Below, in pieces: positions 1-10,251 of a stretch of 64,000 nucleotides of DNA. Each line of letters opens with the position of its first letter. Within the stretch, counting starts at the first letter, position 1. Location: contig JAHPZJ010000013.1 of assembly GCA_019058245.1 (NCBI GenBank), forward strand, positions 41,166-105,165, in the 5' to 3' direction. This DNA comes from Promethearchaeota archaeon. Its GTDB lineage: Archaea; Asgardarchaeota; Lokiarchaeia; Sigyniarchaeales; SOKP01. Made by a program: the position numbers and the translations under genes. Under the pieces are notes generated by a model. That model did no database searches. It worked only from the letters and a program-made list of their open reading frames with translations, and had not been told where the DNA came from.

Positions 1-140
1 TCCAGAATGCATTAGATAAAAATGTAATTAAAAATTTAAGACTTGATAAAAATTCAAAAGAAACTATGCAGAATCTAATCTCTAAGTTTTCAGAATTAAA
101 AATAGAACGTAGAAAAGAATTTATGAAGAACCTAAAATAA
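1..140 (+). CDS. 3' end of a gene truncated by the window edge, possibly an FrhB-like subunit of the hdr operon
   Basis: Frame 3 is open from position 3 (QNALDKNVIKNLRLDK...RRKEFMKNLK) to TAA at 138-140, 4 nt before the next gene. Product is guessed only from operon context. Confidence 0.55.
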   Translation, partial: QNALDKNVIKNLRLDKNSKETMQNLISKFSELKIERRKEFMKNLK

Positions 141-144
141 GGAA

Positions 145-1422
145 GTGAATCCTATAACAGAGATAAAAGAATCTAAAGATATAAAACAAAAAGAAAATGA
201 AAGAGATTTATATTTAAGAAAAATATTTGATCCAGATTTAACAAATTTATTAAAGAAATGCTATCAATGTGCCCGTTGTTCAGGTGTATGCCAAATTAGT
301 AAAGTACAAAAATTTACACCTAGTAGAATTATTCAAATGATATTAGAAGGCTTTGAAGATGAGATAATTAATAGTCGAGTCTTATGGGATTGTTTAATGT
401 GCAATAGTTGTCTGCAACATTGTCCTAAAGATATTAATTTTGCTGACATTGTCAGAATTGCGAGATATAAGATGAAACTAAAAGATATTCAAAATCCTAA
501 TCGCTCTATTGCTCATAAAGGTATCTATTCTTTAATGTCTGAAATGATGGCTCAAGAGAATTTAACAGTTGAGAGACCTCTAGATTGGATTCCAAATGGA
601 TGTAATACTTCAGATAAAGGAAATATATTATATTATGTAGGATGCCTCCCTTTTTTTAATTATGAATTTCAAGATTCTCTATCAATAGCAAAAAGCACTC
701 TGAAGATTATTTGTCAATTGGAAAAAGAGCCTATAGTAGTTCTTAAAGATGAGGTATGTTGTGGACATGATTTATATTGGGGTCAAGCAAAATTCGAAAG
801 TTTTATTGAATTAGCTAAGAAAAATGTAAACCGATTTGAAAATGCAGGAATCACAAAAATTATTACTGCCTGTGCTGAATGTTATAGAACCTTTAAAATT
901 GATTATCCAAAGCTATTTGAGGATTTCGATGTGAAATTTGAAGTTAACCATATTATTGAGTATATCTATGATAAATGGAAGCAAGGTAGAGTTCAATTTG
1001 ATAATCCAAATGAATCTAATGATATTATTCCCTTTACTTATCATGATCCTTGTAGATTAAGTAGATTCTTACCTAAACATAATAAAATAAATGAGAAAGT
1101 CCGAGAAATTTTTAGATATTTGAAGAAAATAGGATTTAATTTTAAAGAAATGGAGCATAATAAGGAAAATTCTTATTGTTGTGGAGTTAATTCTTGGATG
1201 AATTGTAATGAAAAATCTAAAGCTTTACGGTATAAACGTCTTTTAGAAGCTAAAGCTGTTGGAACAAAAATGATTACTTCATGTCCAAAATGTCGAATGC
1301 ACTTGACATGTCTAAGAAATGATTATGATGATTTTTCTTCTATTGATATTTTGGACTTTTCGGAGTTTTTGGTTGATATTATAAAAGTAATAGAACCTAA
1401 TCAAAGTATTGAGGAGAAATAA
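145..1422 (+). CDS. hdrD: HdrD-like Fe-S oxidoreductase (2x[4Fe-4S] plus two CCG domains)
   Basis: CYQCARCSGVC and CLMCNSCLQHCP ferredoxin motifs; CCG domains YYVGC..CCGH..TACAEC and YHDPC..CCGV..TSCPKC; stop overlaps the hdrA start (TAATG). Confidence 0.85.
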   Translation: MNPITEIKESKDIKQKENERDLYLRKIFDPDLTNLLKKCYQCARCSGVCQISKVQKFTPSRIIQMILEGFEDEIINSRVLWDCLMCNSCLQHCPKDINFADIVRIARYKMKLKDIQNPNRSIAHKGIYSLMSEMMAQENLTVERPLDWIPNGCNTSDKGNILYYVGCLPFFNYEFQDSLSIAKSTLKIICQLEKEPIVVLKDEVCCGHDLYWGQAKFESFIELAKKNVNRFENAGITKIITACAECYRTFKIDYPKLFEDFDVKFEVNHIIEYIYDKWKQGRVQFDNPNESNDIIPFTYHDPCRLSRFLPKHNKINEKVREIFRYLKKIGFNFKEMEHNKENSYCCGVNSWMNCNEKSKALRYKRLLEAKAVGTKMITSCPKCRMHLTCLRNDYDDFSSIDILDFSEFLVDIIKVIEPNQSIEEK

Positions 1423-4400
1423 TGGCGAAAGTCGGAGCTGTCCTTGTTATTGGTGGAGGAATTGCTGGCATTCAGGCTTCAATAGACCTAGCGGATTCAG
1501 GCTATAAAGTATACCTTGCTGAATCTACAACCAGTATTGGGGGAGTTATGTCTCAATTAGATAAAACTTTTCCAACTAATGACTGTGCAATATGTATTCT
1601 TGCCCCTAAATTAGTACAAACTGGGCGACATGAAAATATCGAAATTCTAATCAATTCATCAATTGAAAAAATCGAAGGTGCTCCAGGTCATTTTAAAGTA
1701 GATTTAACTCAAAGAACACTTCGTTTGGACCAAGAAAAATGTACAGGGTGCGGTTTATGTGCTCAACAATGTCCCATAGAAGCTATTGATCTCTTTAATG
1801 AGAAACTTTCTAATATTGCAGCAATTTCTGTAAAATTTCCTCAAGCAGTTCCGCTAGTTTTCTCAATTAATAAAGATAAATGTATAGGATGTGGTATTTG
1901 CAAAGGAATATGTAAAGCAAAAGCGATAGATTATGATCTTCAAGATAAATTAATAACTCTAGATGTGGGAGCTGTAGTACTCGCAATTGGATTTGACGAA
2001 TATGATCCTACTCCTTTGACTGAATTAGGTTACGGTAAACATTTAAATGTGATTACTAGTATTGAATTTGAACGTATCCTAAGTGCCAGTGGGCCACATT
2101 CCGGTTTAATACTTCGCCCTTCTGATGGAACTATCCCTAAAAAAATTGCCTTTCTACATTGTGTTGGCTCAAGAGATAGAAAACATAGAAAAGATTATTG
2201 TTCTTCTGTATGTTGTATGTATACTACCAAAGAAGCAGTAATAGCAAAAGAACATATGAATATTATTGAACCAACAATTTTTACGATGGATATCAGAGCA
2301 TACGGTAAAGATTTTGACAAATATATTGACCGAGCAAAGGATGAGTATGGTGTAAGATATATTAGACGTAGAATTTCTTCCATTAAAGAGATTCCTGACT
2401 CTAAAGATTTAATAGTTTGTTATGAAACAAAAAACGGTAAAATAATTAAAGAAATTTTTAATTTAGTCGTGCTCTCTGTAGGGATGGAACCTAATCAAAA
2501 AGCAAATGAATTAGCACAAAAATTAGATATACAGTTAAATGAATATGGATTTTGTAAAACTTGTACTTTTAGCCCAGTAGAAACGTCAAGATCGGGAATT
2601 TATGTGTGCGGATCTTTCGCAACTCCTAAAGATATTCCAGAAACTGTGATTGAAGCTAGTGCTGCTGCTGGGTGCGTCAATATTCTTTTATCAGAAGCAA
2701 GAAATAAATTGGTTACTAAAAAAGAACTACCAGAAGAGTTAGATGTAAGTGATCAACCACCACGTATAGGTGTATTTATATGTCATTGTGGTATAAATAT
2801 TGGTGGGGTTGTCGATGTTCCTAATGTAGTTGAATATGTTAAAACCTTACCCAATGTTGTCTATGCTGAACATAATTTATATACATGTTCAGCAGATACC
2901 CAAACCAATATCAAAGAAAAAATTAAAAAAAATAATCTTAATAGAGTCATCGTTGCATCATGCACTCCAAGAACACATGAACCGTTATTTCAAGCAACAA
3001 TCCGGGAGGTTGGTTTAAATAAGTATCTTTTTGAAATGGTTAATATTCGAGATCAATGTTCATGGGTCCATATGCATGAACCTGAAAAAGCAACAGCAAA
3101 ATCAAAAGACCTATTACGTATGTCAGTAGCAAAGGCTAGTCAATTAATCCCATTACAAGAACAGGAAATCTCTGTAATAAATAAAGGTTTAGTAATTGGA
3201 GGAGGTGTTTCAGGAATGACAGCAGCATTAAATCTCGCCTCTCAAGGTTATGAAATCTTTTTAGTTGAAAAGGAAGATTCTTTGGGGGGAATTGCTAAAA
3301 ATATATATAGAACCCTTGAAAATGATGACGTTCAAGAATATCTTAAAATCCTAATCAAAAATATAGAAAGTAATCAACTTATTCATGTATTTAAGAATGC
3401 TCAAATTAATGGAATTTCAGGATATATTGGTAATTTTTCTACAAACATAAGCTATGGAAATAATGGTAAAATTATCGATCTTGAACATGGAATAATAATT
3501 GTGGCAACTGGAGCAAAAGAATATCAACCTAAGGAATATCATTTCGGAAAAGATCAAAGAATTATAACCCAAACTCAATTTGAAAAAGATCTTTTTACTT
3601 CAGATAAAATAAAAGGATTGAAATCAATAGTTATGATTCAATGCGTTGGATCTAGAAATGATGATTTCCCATATTGTAGTCGAGTTTGCTGTTCAGAAGC
3701 TATAAAGAACGCTTTAAAAGCGAAAGAAATTAATCCTAACATAGAAATTATCATTCTATATCGCGATATCAGAACATATGGTTTTAAAGAAAAATATTAT
3801 AACTTTGCTCGAGATAAAAAGGTTATTTTCATTAGATATGAGGAAGTTGAACCTCCAGAATTAAAAATTAAAAATAAAGAATTAAAAATTATAGTAACTA
3901 ATCCAGATTTGGGAAAGCTTGAAATAAATCCGGATTTAATTGTATTAAGTACAGGTCTCGTAGCACCTATAAAAGAAAATGAAGAATTAGCAAAAATGTT
4001 AAAAGTTCCACTTAATGAGGATAAATTTTTTTTGGAAGCTCATGTTAAATTGAGACCAATTGATTTTGCAACAGATGGTATATACTTATGTGGATGTGCA
4101 CATTCACCAAAAGATATCCGAGAATCAATTGCACAATCCAATGGAGCTGCTGCTCAGGCAGTCAAAATTCTAAGTTCTGAAAAGCTTGTAACATCTGGGC
4201 TTGTAGCTGTCGTGATAGAAGAAAATTGTATTGGTTGTGGAAGTTGTGTTGAAGTCTGTCAATTTAATGCGATAGAATTAATAGAGAAAGAAAGAGCGTT
4301 CGAAGATTTTACAATGCCTATAATGAAATCTTATGTTAATCCTGCGCTTTGTAAGGGATGTGGTACTTGTGGTGCTCAATGTCCTAATTCGACAATAGTA

Positions 4401-4463
4401 ATAAAACATTTTGGTTTTGAGCAAATTCATGCTATGATTTCTGCACTTTTAATTCAAAGTTAA
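1422..4463 (+). CDS. hdrA: Heterodisulfide reductase subunit A family, long form with two FAD domains
   Basis: VIGGGIAG and second VIGGGVSG motifs, QLDKTFPTNDCAIC, CVGSR..CSSVCC, central GVFICHCG..SCTPRTHE..NIRDQCSWVH, C-terminal 2x[4Fe-4S]. Confidence 0.95.
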   Translation: MAKVGAVLVIGGGIAGIQASIDLADSGYKVYLAESTTSIGGVMSQLDKTFPTNDCAICILAPKLVQTGRHENIEILINSSIEKIEGAPGHFKVDLTQRTLRLDQEKCTGCGLCAQQCPIEAIDLFNEKLSNIAAISVKFPQAVPLVFSINKDKCIGCGICKGICKAKAIDYDLQDKLITLDVGAVVLAIGFDEYDPTPLTELGYGKHLNVITSIEFERILSASGPHSGLILRPSDGTIPKKIAFLHCVGSRDRKHRKDYCSSVCCMYTTKEAVIAKEHMNIIEPTIFTMDIRAYGKDFDKYIDRAKDEYGVRYIRRRISSIKEIPDSKDLIVCYETKNGKIIKEIFNLVVLSVGMEPNQKANELAQKLDIQLNEYGFCKTCTFSPVETSRSGIYVCGSFATPKDIPETVIEASAAAGCVNILLSEARNKLVTKKELPEELDVSDQPPRIGVFICHCGINIGGVVDVPNVVEYVKTLPNVVYAEHNLYTCSADTQTNIKEKIKKNNLNRVIVASCTPRTHEPLFQATIREVGLNKYLFEMVNIRDQCSWVHMHEPEKATAKSKDLLRMSVAKASQLIPLQEQEISVINKGLVIGGGVSGMTAALNLASQGYEIFLVEKEDSLGGIAKNIYRTLENDDVQEYLKILIKNIESNQLIHVFKNAQINGISGYIGNFSTNISYGNNGKIIDLEHGIIIVATGAKEYQPKEYHFGKDQRIITQTQFEKDLFTSDKIKGLKSIVMIQCVGSRNDDFPYCSRVCCSEAIKNALKAKEINPNIEIIILYRDIRTYGFKEKYYNFARDKKVIFIRYEEVEPPELKIKNKELKIIVTNPDLGKLEINPDLIVLSTGLVAPIKENEELAKMLKVPLNEDKFFLEAHVKLRPIDFATDGIYLCGCAHSPKDIRESIAQSNGAAAQAVKILSSEKLVTSGLVAVVIEENCIGCGSCVEVCQFNAIELIEKERAFEDFTMPIMKSYVNPALCKGCGTCGAQCPNSTIVIKHFGFEQIHAMISALLIQS

Positions 4464-4481
4464 ATTATATGGTGTTAATAT

Positions 4482-4913
4482 ATGTCTAAGTCAAAAAAAA
4501 AAGTAGATAAAAAGAATTTTCATCCTAATATTTTATGTTTTTGTTGTAACTGGTGCAGCTATGCCGGAGCTGATTTAGCTGGTGTATCTCGTTTTCAATA
4601 TCCTTCCACAATTAGAATTTTAAGGGTAATGTGCTCAGGTAGAGTAGATCCTGCTTTCATTTTGGAAGCTTTTAAAGATGGCATTGATGGAGTCATTGTA
4701 ACAGGATGTCACATAGGAGATTGTCATTATTTGAAAGGAAATGAATTTGCGAGGGATAGATTTGAACGCTTTAAAGAGGTGCTAAAAATATTTAATCTTG
4801 ATAAAAGATTTAAACTTGAATGGGTAAGTGCTTCTGAAGGGAAACGATTCGCTGAAGTTATAACAGAATTTACTAATAAAATAAAGAATTTAGGACCATT
4901 GCAAGCTTTATAA
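4482..4913 (+). CDS. mvhD: MvhD/FlpD [2Fe-2S] subunit
   Basis: [37 protein letters not shown]. Confidence 0.95.
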   Translation: MSKSKKKVDKKNFHPNILCFCCNWCSYAGADLAGVSRFQYPSTIRILRVMCSGRVDPAFILEAFKDGIDGVIVTGCHIGDCHYLKGNEFARDRFERFKEVLKIFNLDKRFKLEWVSASEGKRFAEVITEFTNKIKNLGPLQAL

Positions 4914-5049
4914 AATTATTTAATTTTATTCATTTTTATTTATATGTATGGAAAGATAAATTCAGTGTCTAATTTCAATGAAAATTTAATGAATAATAAC
5001 GAATTTGTTCAGTAGATTTTACAGTGTCTTGAAAATTCTTTTTTTTATA

Positions 5050-5601
5050 TTAATAATATTCTGGTATCGGCCGAAGTAGGGTTATTGGAACAATAATACT
5101 AAAAATCAATCCTATTGTATTTATAATAATTCCAAAGATTCCGATTATACTTCCAGCTTTTTCCATATCATTATAAGGCTCGAGTTTTACTGCTTTTGAG
5201 TCACTCATTCTAGAATAAATACCCAAGATTAATCCTCCCGCACGCAAAAATAAAATAACAAAAAATGCAACTAAACGCAATCTAAGATTATAATAAGAAT
5301 CAATATACATATACATGTAAGGAAAACCAAAATTAATACCCATATAAAATGTTGCTATTCCTATACTAATAGAAACTAAGGCGAACCAAAAACTCATATA
5401 AGAATATTTTCCCGGAACCCCCTTTTGTAAAGTAGTTTGTGGTTTAACAGGAACATAATATATTTGAGGTGATGGTTCATTTCGAAATCTCTCACTTTTG
5501 GACTCAGACGTTTTAGAAGCAGTTACAATTTCAGCTCCACAATTATGACAGAATTTTTGATTTGGCGCAATTAAATCTTTACCACATTCAGGACAAAACA
5601 T
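5050..5601 (-). CDS. Zinc-ribbon membrane protein with about 3 TM helices, copy 1
   Basis: N-terminal MFCPECG...FCHNCG double CxxC, low-complexity linker, three hydrophobic segments. Confidence 0.8.
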   Translation of the reverse strand: MFCPECGKDLIAPNQKFCHNCGAEIVTASKTSESKSERFRNEPSPQIYYVPVKPQTTLQKGVPGKYSYMSFWFALVSISIGIATFYMGINFGFPYMYMYIDSYYNLRLRLVAFFVILFLRAGGLILGIYSRMSDSKAVKLEPYNDMEKAGSIIGIFGIIINTIGLIFSIIVPITLLRPIPEYY

Positions 5602-5855
5602 AAAATGTTACCTAATTTAATCTACTATTTTATAATTCACTATGGATTACTTAATAATATTTCTTAGCATACCTTTTAAACTTTCTCCATTATTGATAGA
5701 CTATTTGGAAAATCTCACTAGTTTTAAATTGATATCATTAAAGCATTTTATGCTGATTGAAAAAGATAATTTCTAATCTGATTTTTTTACAATTTCCTTT
5801 AAAAAAAAATAAATTTGTTCATTAGAATTCAACAAAAAATTAATTTTACTACCCT

Positions 5856-6383
5856 TTAATAATAATATTCTGATAATGGTAGATGTAGGGAGATTAGAAC
5901 AATAGTTGAAATAACAATTCCAATTGCATTTATAACAATGGCAATGACACTAGAAACACTTCCAGATTTTTCAAGATCATTATGAGGCTCGAGTTTTAAA
6001 GCTTTAAAGCTACTAATTTTAGAATAAATACCTAAGATTAATCCTACCACACGTAATAACAAGATAATAGAATTTAAAACTATAGACCCTCTAATATTAT
6101 AATATACATTAAAAAAGTATCTAAAAAAATACGTTCCTACTCCTATTACGAAAGAAACAAATGCAAACCAAAAGCATATATAAGAATATTTCCCAGGGGG
6201 ACCCTTTTGTAAAGTAGTTTGTGGTTTAACAGGAACATAACATATTTGAGGTGATGGTTCATTTTGAAATCTCTCACTTTTGGACTCAGATATTTTAGAA
6301 GCAGCTATAACTTCAGTTCCACAATTATGACAGAATTTTTGATTTGGCGCAATTAAATCTATACCACATTCAGGACAAAACAT
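5856..6383 (-). CDS. Zinc-ribbon membrane protein with about 3 TM helices, copy 2
   Basis: Paralog of 5050..5601 with a near-identical first ~70 aa. Confidence 0.8.
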   Translation of the reverse strand: MFCPECGIDLIAPNQKFCHNCGTEVIAASKISESKSERFQNEPSPQICYVPVKPQTTLQKGPPGKYSYICFWFAFVSFVIGVGTYFFRYFFNVYYNIRGSIVLNSIILLLRVVGLILGIYSKISSFKALKLEPHNDLEKSGSVSSVIAIVINAIGIVISTIVLISLHLPLSEYYY

Positions 6384-7019
6384 AAAATGTTACCTAATTT
6401 AATCTACTATTTTATAATTCACTATGGATTTGTTAATAATATTTCTTGGCATACCTTTTAAACTTTCTCCATTATTGATAAACCATTTGGAAAATAACAC
6501 TAGTTTGATTTGAAATAATAAGAAATGATTTTATAAGAAAAAATAATGATAAAAATATTTTTTTTTGGATGTATAGTTTTTTCATTATCTATAAAAATTA
6601 CTTTTTTCTTGATCAATTTCATAATTCTTAAAGGAATTTCTGTAGGGAATGGATCATGGAATCTTGTCTTATTATCATAAAGAGTCAAAATGAAGGTAAT
6701 CAGCAATATAGGAAAGAAAAAACGCCGATATCAGGCATAATCAGAGAGAAACTTATCGATCATGATCTCGAAGTAAGGAAATTTTGACCTAAACAGACAA
6801 AATGTTCGTAAAGGTACAGAAATGGAGGATGATCTGATTGAATAGGAATAGTCTGACTCGAAAAAAGCTTGGGATTGATCATCTTCAAAGCAAAAAGTGT
6901 AGGATTCTGATCATTTTTTATAAAAATATTTATATAATTACATTTCTTTTATTCTTATTCAACGAAAGAAAAATGTGGAAAACTAACATTTATCAAAAAA
7001 AAATAAAAAGTGTTAAATA

Positions 7020-10000
7020 ATGGAAGGATCAGTCTTAGTTATTGGTGGTGGGATAGCAGGGATACAATGTTCATTAGATTTAACTGAATTAGGGTTTAAA
7101 GTTTATTTAGTAGAAAAAACACCTTCGATTGGAGGTAGAATGGCTCAGCTTGATAAAACTTTTCCTACAAATGATTGTAGTTTATGTATTCTTGCTCCTA
7201 AAATGGTAGAAGTATTTAGAAATCCAAATATTGAATTAATGACTTATCATGAAGTTCAAAAAGTCTCAGGAAAATCAGGAAATTTCGCAGTTACCATTAT
7301 AAAAAAACCTCGATATATTGATGAGACAAAATGTAAAGGTTGTGGTGACTGTGCTGGTAGATGTCCGAAAATTGAAGCTCCTAATATTTTTGATATGAAT
7401 TTAGGTAAAAGAAAGTCTATTTATATTCCTTTTCCTCAAGCAGTTCCTCCAGTTTATTTAATAGATCCCGAATTATGCTTAAAACTTACTAAAGGTGTAT
7501 GTGGGGTTTGTGAGAAAGTATGTAAGGCAGAAGCAATAGATTATGATCAACAACCACAAGAAATAAAATTGAAAGTTGGTGCTGTCGTTGTTGCTACAGG
7601 TTATGACATGTTAGGAGCAGACTTAACCTCAAGATGGGGTTATAATTATAAAAATGTTGTAACAGCTCTAGAATATGAACGAATGCTATCTGCTTCTGGA
7701 CCTTTTGGAGGTCATTTATTACGTCCAAGTGATGAGAAGGAACCAAATGTAATTGCGTTTATACAATGTGCCGGTTCGAGAGATATACGGGAGGGAATTC
7801 CATATTGTTCTTCTGTTTGTTGCATGTATACTGCTAAAGAAGCTATTATTACTAAAGAGCACTCTGAAAATTCAAAGTGTTTTGTTTTTAGACACGATGT
7901 TAGAGCCTATGGTAAAAACTTTTATGAATTTACTCAGAGAGCTCAAGAAGAATATGGAGTAAAATATTTCCAAACTAAAATTAGTAGAATATTAGAAGAT
8001 CCAGAGACAAATGATTTAGTAATTCATTATGAAGATCTAAAAAGGGGTAAATTTAAGGATTTTAAAGCAAATTTAGTAGTATTAGCTACACCTTTAGTTC
8101 CTTCAGCAGGTACTAAGGAATTAGCAAAAATTTTAGGTATCGAATTGGATGATTATAATTTCTTTAAAGAAAAATCATATTATACTAAATCTTTATCCTC
8201 TAAGGAAGGTATTTTTCTAGCTGGATTTTGTCAAGGTCCAATGGATATACCAGAAACAGTTGCTGATGCTAGTGGGGTAGCGGCACAAGTAGCAACTTTA
8301 CTTAATTCCTACAAATTTACAGAAACAAAAGAAAAGATTATCGAGATACCAGAAAAAATTGTCAAAGAAACGGATACACCTAGAATTGGAGTTCTTATTT
8401 GTCATTGTGGTATTAATATTGGAAAGTATATTGATATTCCTCAAGTTATAGAACATATAAAATTATTACCTAATGTAATTTTTTGCGAAGATAACTTATA
8501 CTCTTGTAGTTCAGATTCCCAAAAACGAATCAAAGAAGTGATAAGCGAATATAATTTAAATAGATTTATTGTAGCATCTTGTACTCCAAGAACGCATGAA
8601 TCTTTATTCCAAGAGACATGTCAAGAAGCGGGTTTAAATAAATATTTATTTGATATGGTGAATATCCGTGATCAATGTTCATGGGTACATATGACGGAAA
8701 AAGAGCTTGCCACGGAAAAAGCAATTGATTTAATAAGAATGGGAATTGCTAAATCAAGATTATTAAAATCACAAGTAGAAAAAAAATTGAAAATAACTCA
8801 AACTGCATTGGTAATCGGTGGGGGAATATCTGGGATGACTGCCGCTTTAAATATTGCACATCAAGGCTTTACTGTTTATCTTATAGAAAAAGAGAAGTAC
8901 TTGGGTGGAAATTTAAGATACTTAAATATGCTATATCCTACTCAAGAGGATGCTTCAGTCTTATTAAATGAGACCATAGTTAAGGTTGAAAAGAATAAAA
9001 GCATTCAACTCTTTTTAAATTCCAAATTAGATGATATTAACGGATATCTTGGTAATTATAATGTTTATATTATCGATTCAGATAATCAGATCCATGAGTT
9101 AAAAATTGGTACAATTATTGTTGCTACTGGTGGACAAGAATTAAAACCTAATGAATTTTTTAACTATACATATACAAACCACAATGTAATTACACAACTA
9201 CAACTAGAGCAGAGACTAAAGGATGAAGATCAATCATGGTTACGTAAACTAAATCATATTACTACTCTATTATGTGTAAATGCTAGGCAAGAAGAGGGGA
9301 TAACTTATTGTTCAAACATATGTTGTGAAAGTGCTATAAAGAATATTAATCTGTTAAAAGAATTAAAGCAAGACCTAAAATTAATAGTTCTCTATAGGGA
9401 TCTTCAGATGGCAAAGAAAGAATTTGAAAGATATTATCGCGAACGAAGAAAAGATGCTATTTTTTTGAGATATGATTTAGATAATCCCCCTTCAATTAAA
9501 GAGATAAATGGTGGAACAAGTAAATTTGAAATTGAAGTTTTTGACACCAATTTGCAAGATAACCTCAAATTTAATACAGATTTAATAGTACTTTCGACCC
9601 CTATGGTTCCAGCAGACAATTTAGATGAGCTAGCTAAGATGCTCAAGGTACCCCTAGATAAAAATGGTTTTTTTCTCGAGGCTCACGTCAAATTAAGACC
9701 ATTAGATTTTGCGACTGACGGAATCTTCTTGTGTGGGTGTGCCCATTGGCCAAAAAATATACAAGATTCAATATCACAAGCAAATGGCGCAGCAGGAAGA
9801 GCGTGTAGATTTTTAAGTGCTGAAGAAATAACCACATCTGGATTAGTAGCAGAAGTAGATCAAGAAAGGTGTATAGGATGTGGAACATGTGAAGAAGCAT
9901 GCTCGTATAACGCAATAGAAATCACAGAAATCATAAAAGAATTCGAAGAGGTAAGTTTACCTGTAAAAAAATTTTCTGTAAATGCTGGTTTATGTAAAGG

Positions 10001-10100
10001 ATGTGGAACTTGTGCGGTGAATTGTCCCTCTGGAGCCATTTCTATTAAACATTATGATTTTGAACAAATTAGTGCTATGATTAAGACATTGGCAATGTAA
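7020..10100 (+). CDS. hdrA: HdrA family, long form with two FAD domains
   Basis: Same motif set as 1422..4463; very similar to 11532..14639. Confidence 0.95.
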   Translation: MEGSVLVIGGGIAGIQCSLDLTELGFKVYLVEKTPSIGGRMAQLDKTFPTNDCSLCILAPKMVEVFRNPNIELMTYHEVQKVSGKSGNFAVTIIKKPRYIDETKCKGCGDCAGRCPKIEAPNIFDMNLGKRKSIYIPFPQAVPPVYLIDPELCLKLTKGVCGVCEKVCKAEAIDYDQQPQEIKLKVGAVVVATGYDMLGADLTSRWGYNYKNVVTALEYERMLSASGPFGGHLLRPSDEKEPNVIAFIQCAGSRDIREGIPYCSSVCCMYTAKEAIITKEHSENSKCFVFRHDVRAYGKNFYEFTQRAQEEYGVKYFQTKISRILEDPETNDLVIHYEDLKRGKFKDFKANLVVLATPLVPSAGTKELAKILGIELDDYNFFKEKSYYTKSLSSKEGIFLAGFCQGPMDIPETVADASGVAAQVATLLNSYKFTETKEKIIEIPEKIVKETDTPRIGVLICHCGINIGKYIDIPQVIEHIKLLPNVIFCEDNLYSCSSDSQKRIKEVISEYNLNRFIVASCTPRTHESLFQETCQEAGLNKYLFDMVNIRDQCSWVHMTEKELATEKAIDLIRMGIAKSRLLKSQVEKKLKITQTALVIGGGISGMTAALNIAHQGFTVYLIEKEKYLGGNLRYLNMLYPTQEDASVLLNETIVKVEKNKSIQLFLNSKLDDINGYLGNYNVYIIDSDNQIHELKIGTIIVATGGQELKPNEFFNYTYTNHNVITQLQLEQRLKDEDQSWLRKLNHITTLLCVNARQEEGITYCSNICCESAIKNINLLKELKQDLKLIVLYRDLQMAKKEFERYYRERRKDAIFLRYDLDNPPSIKEINGGTSKFEIEVFDTNLQDNLKFNTDLIVLSTPMVPADNLDELAKMLKVPLDKNGFFLEAHVKLRPLDFATDGIFLCGCAHWPKNIQDSISQANGAAGRACRFLSAEEITTSGLVAEVDQERCIGCGTCEEACSYNAIEITEIIKEFEEVSLPVKKFSVNAGLCKGCGTCAVNCPSGAISIKHYDFEQISAMIKTLAM

Positions 10101-10251
10101 TTTTGAATTAATAGTAATCAATGATTATCATAATCTTAATTTCTTATTTGACATTTGAGTTATGAAATCTAATCAGAAAAAATAAATTATTTCCTTTTTT
10201 TTCCTATTCATCATTAGTTCAAATTAATTAAAGTTCCATTAATCAAAAAAA

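Larger units (their letters stand above)
5000..6500. repeat. Tandem duplication of gene plus promoter (units ~5000-5720 and ~5810-6500)
   Basis: 5' coding region and ~115 nt upstream are nearly identical at a 782-nt offset (e.g. cataaaatgttacctaatttaatctactatttttataattcactatggatt in both); tttgttca-tagat/aa also recurs downstream of both stops. Confidence 0.9.

Noticed and set aside
6500-7020. ORFs 6500..6706 (-) and 6838..7020 (+)
   Set aside because: TTG starts, no RBS, low-complexity Ile/Lys-rich translations typical of AT-rich spacer DNA.
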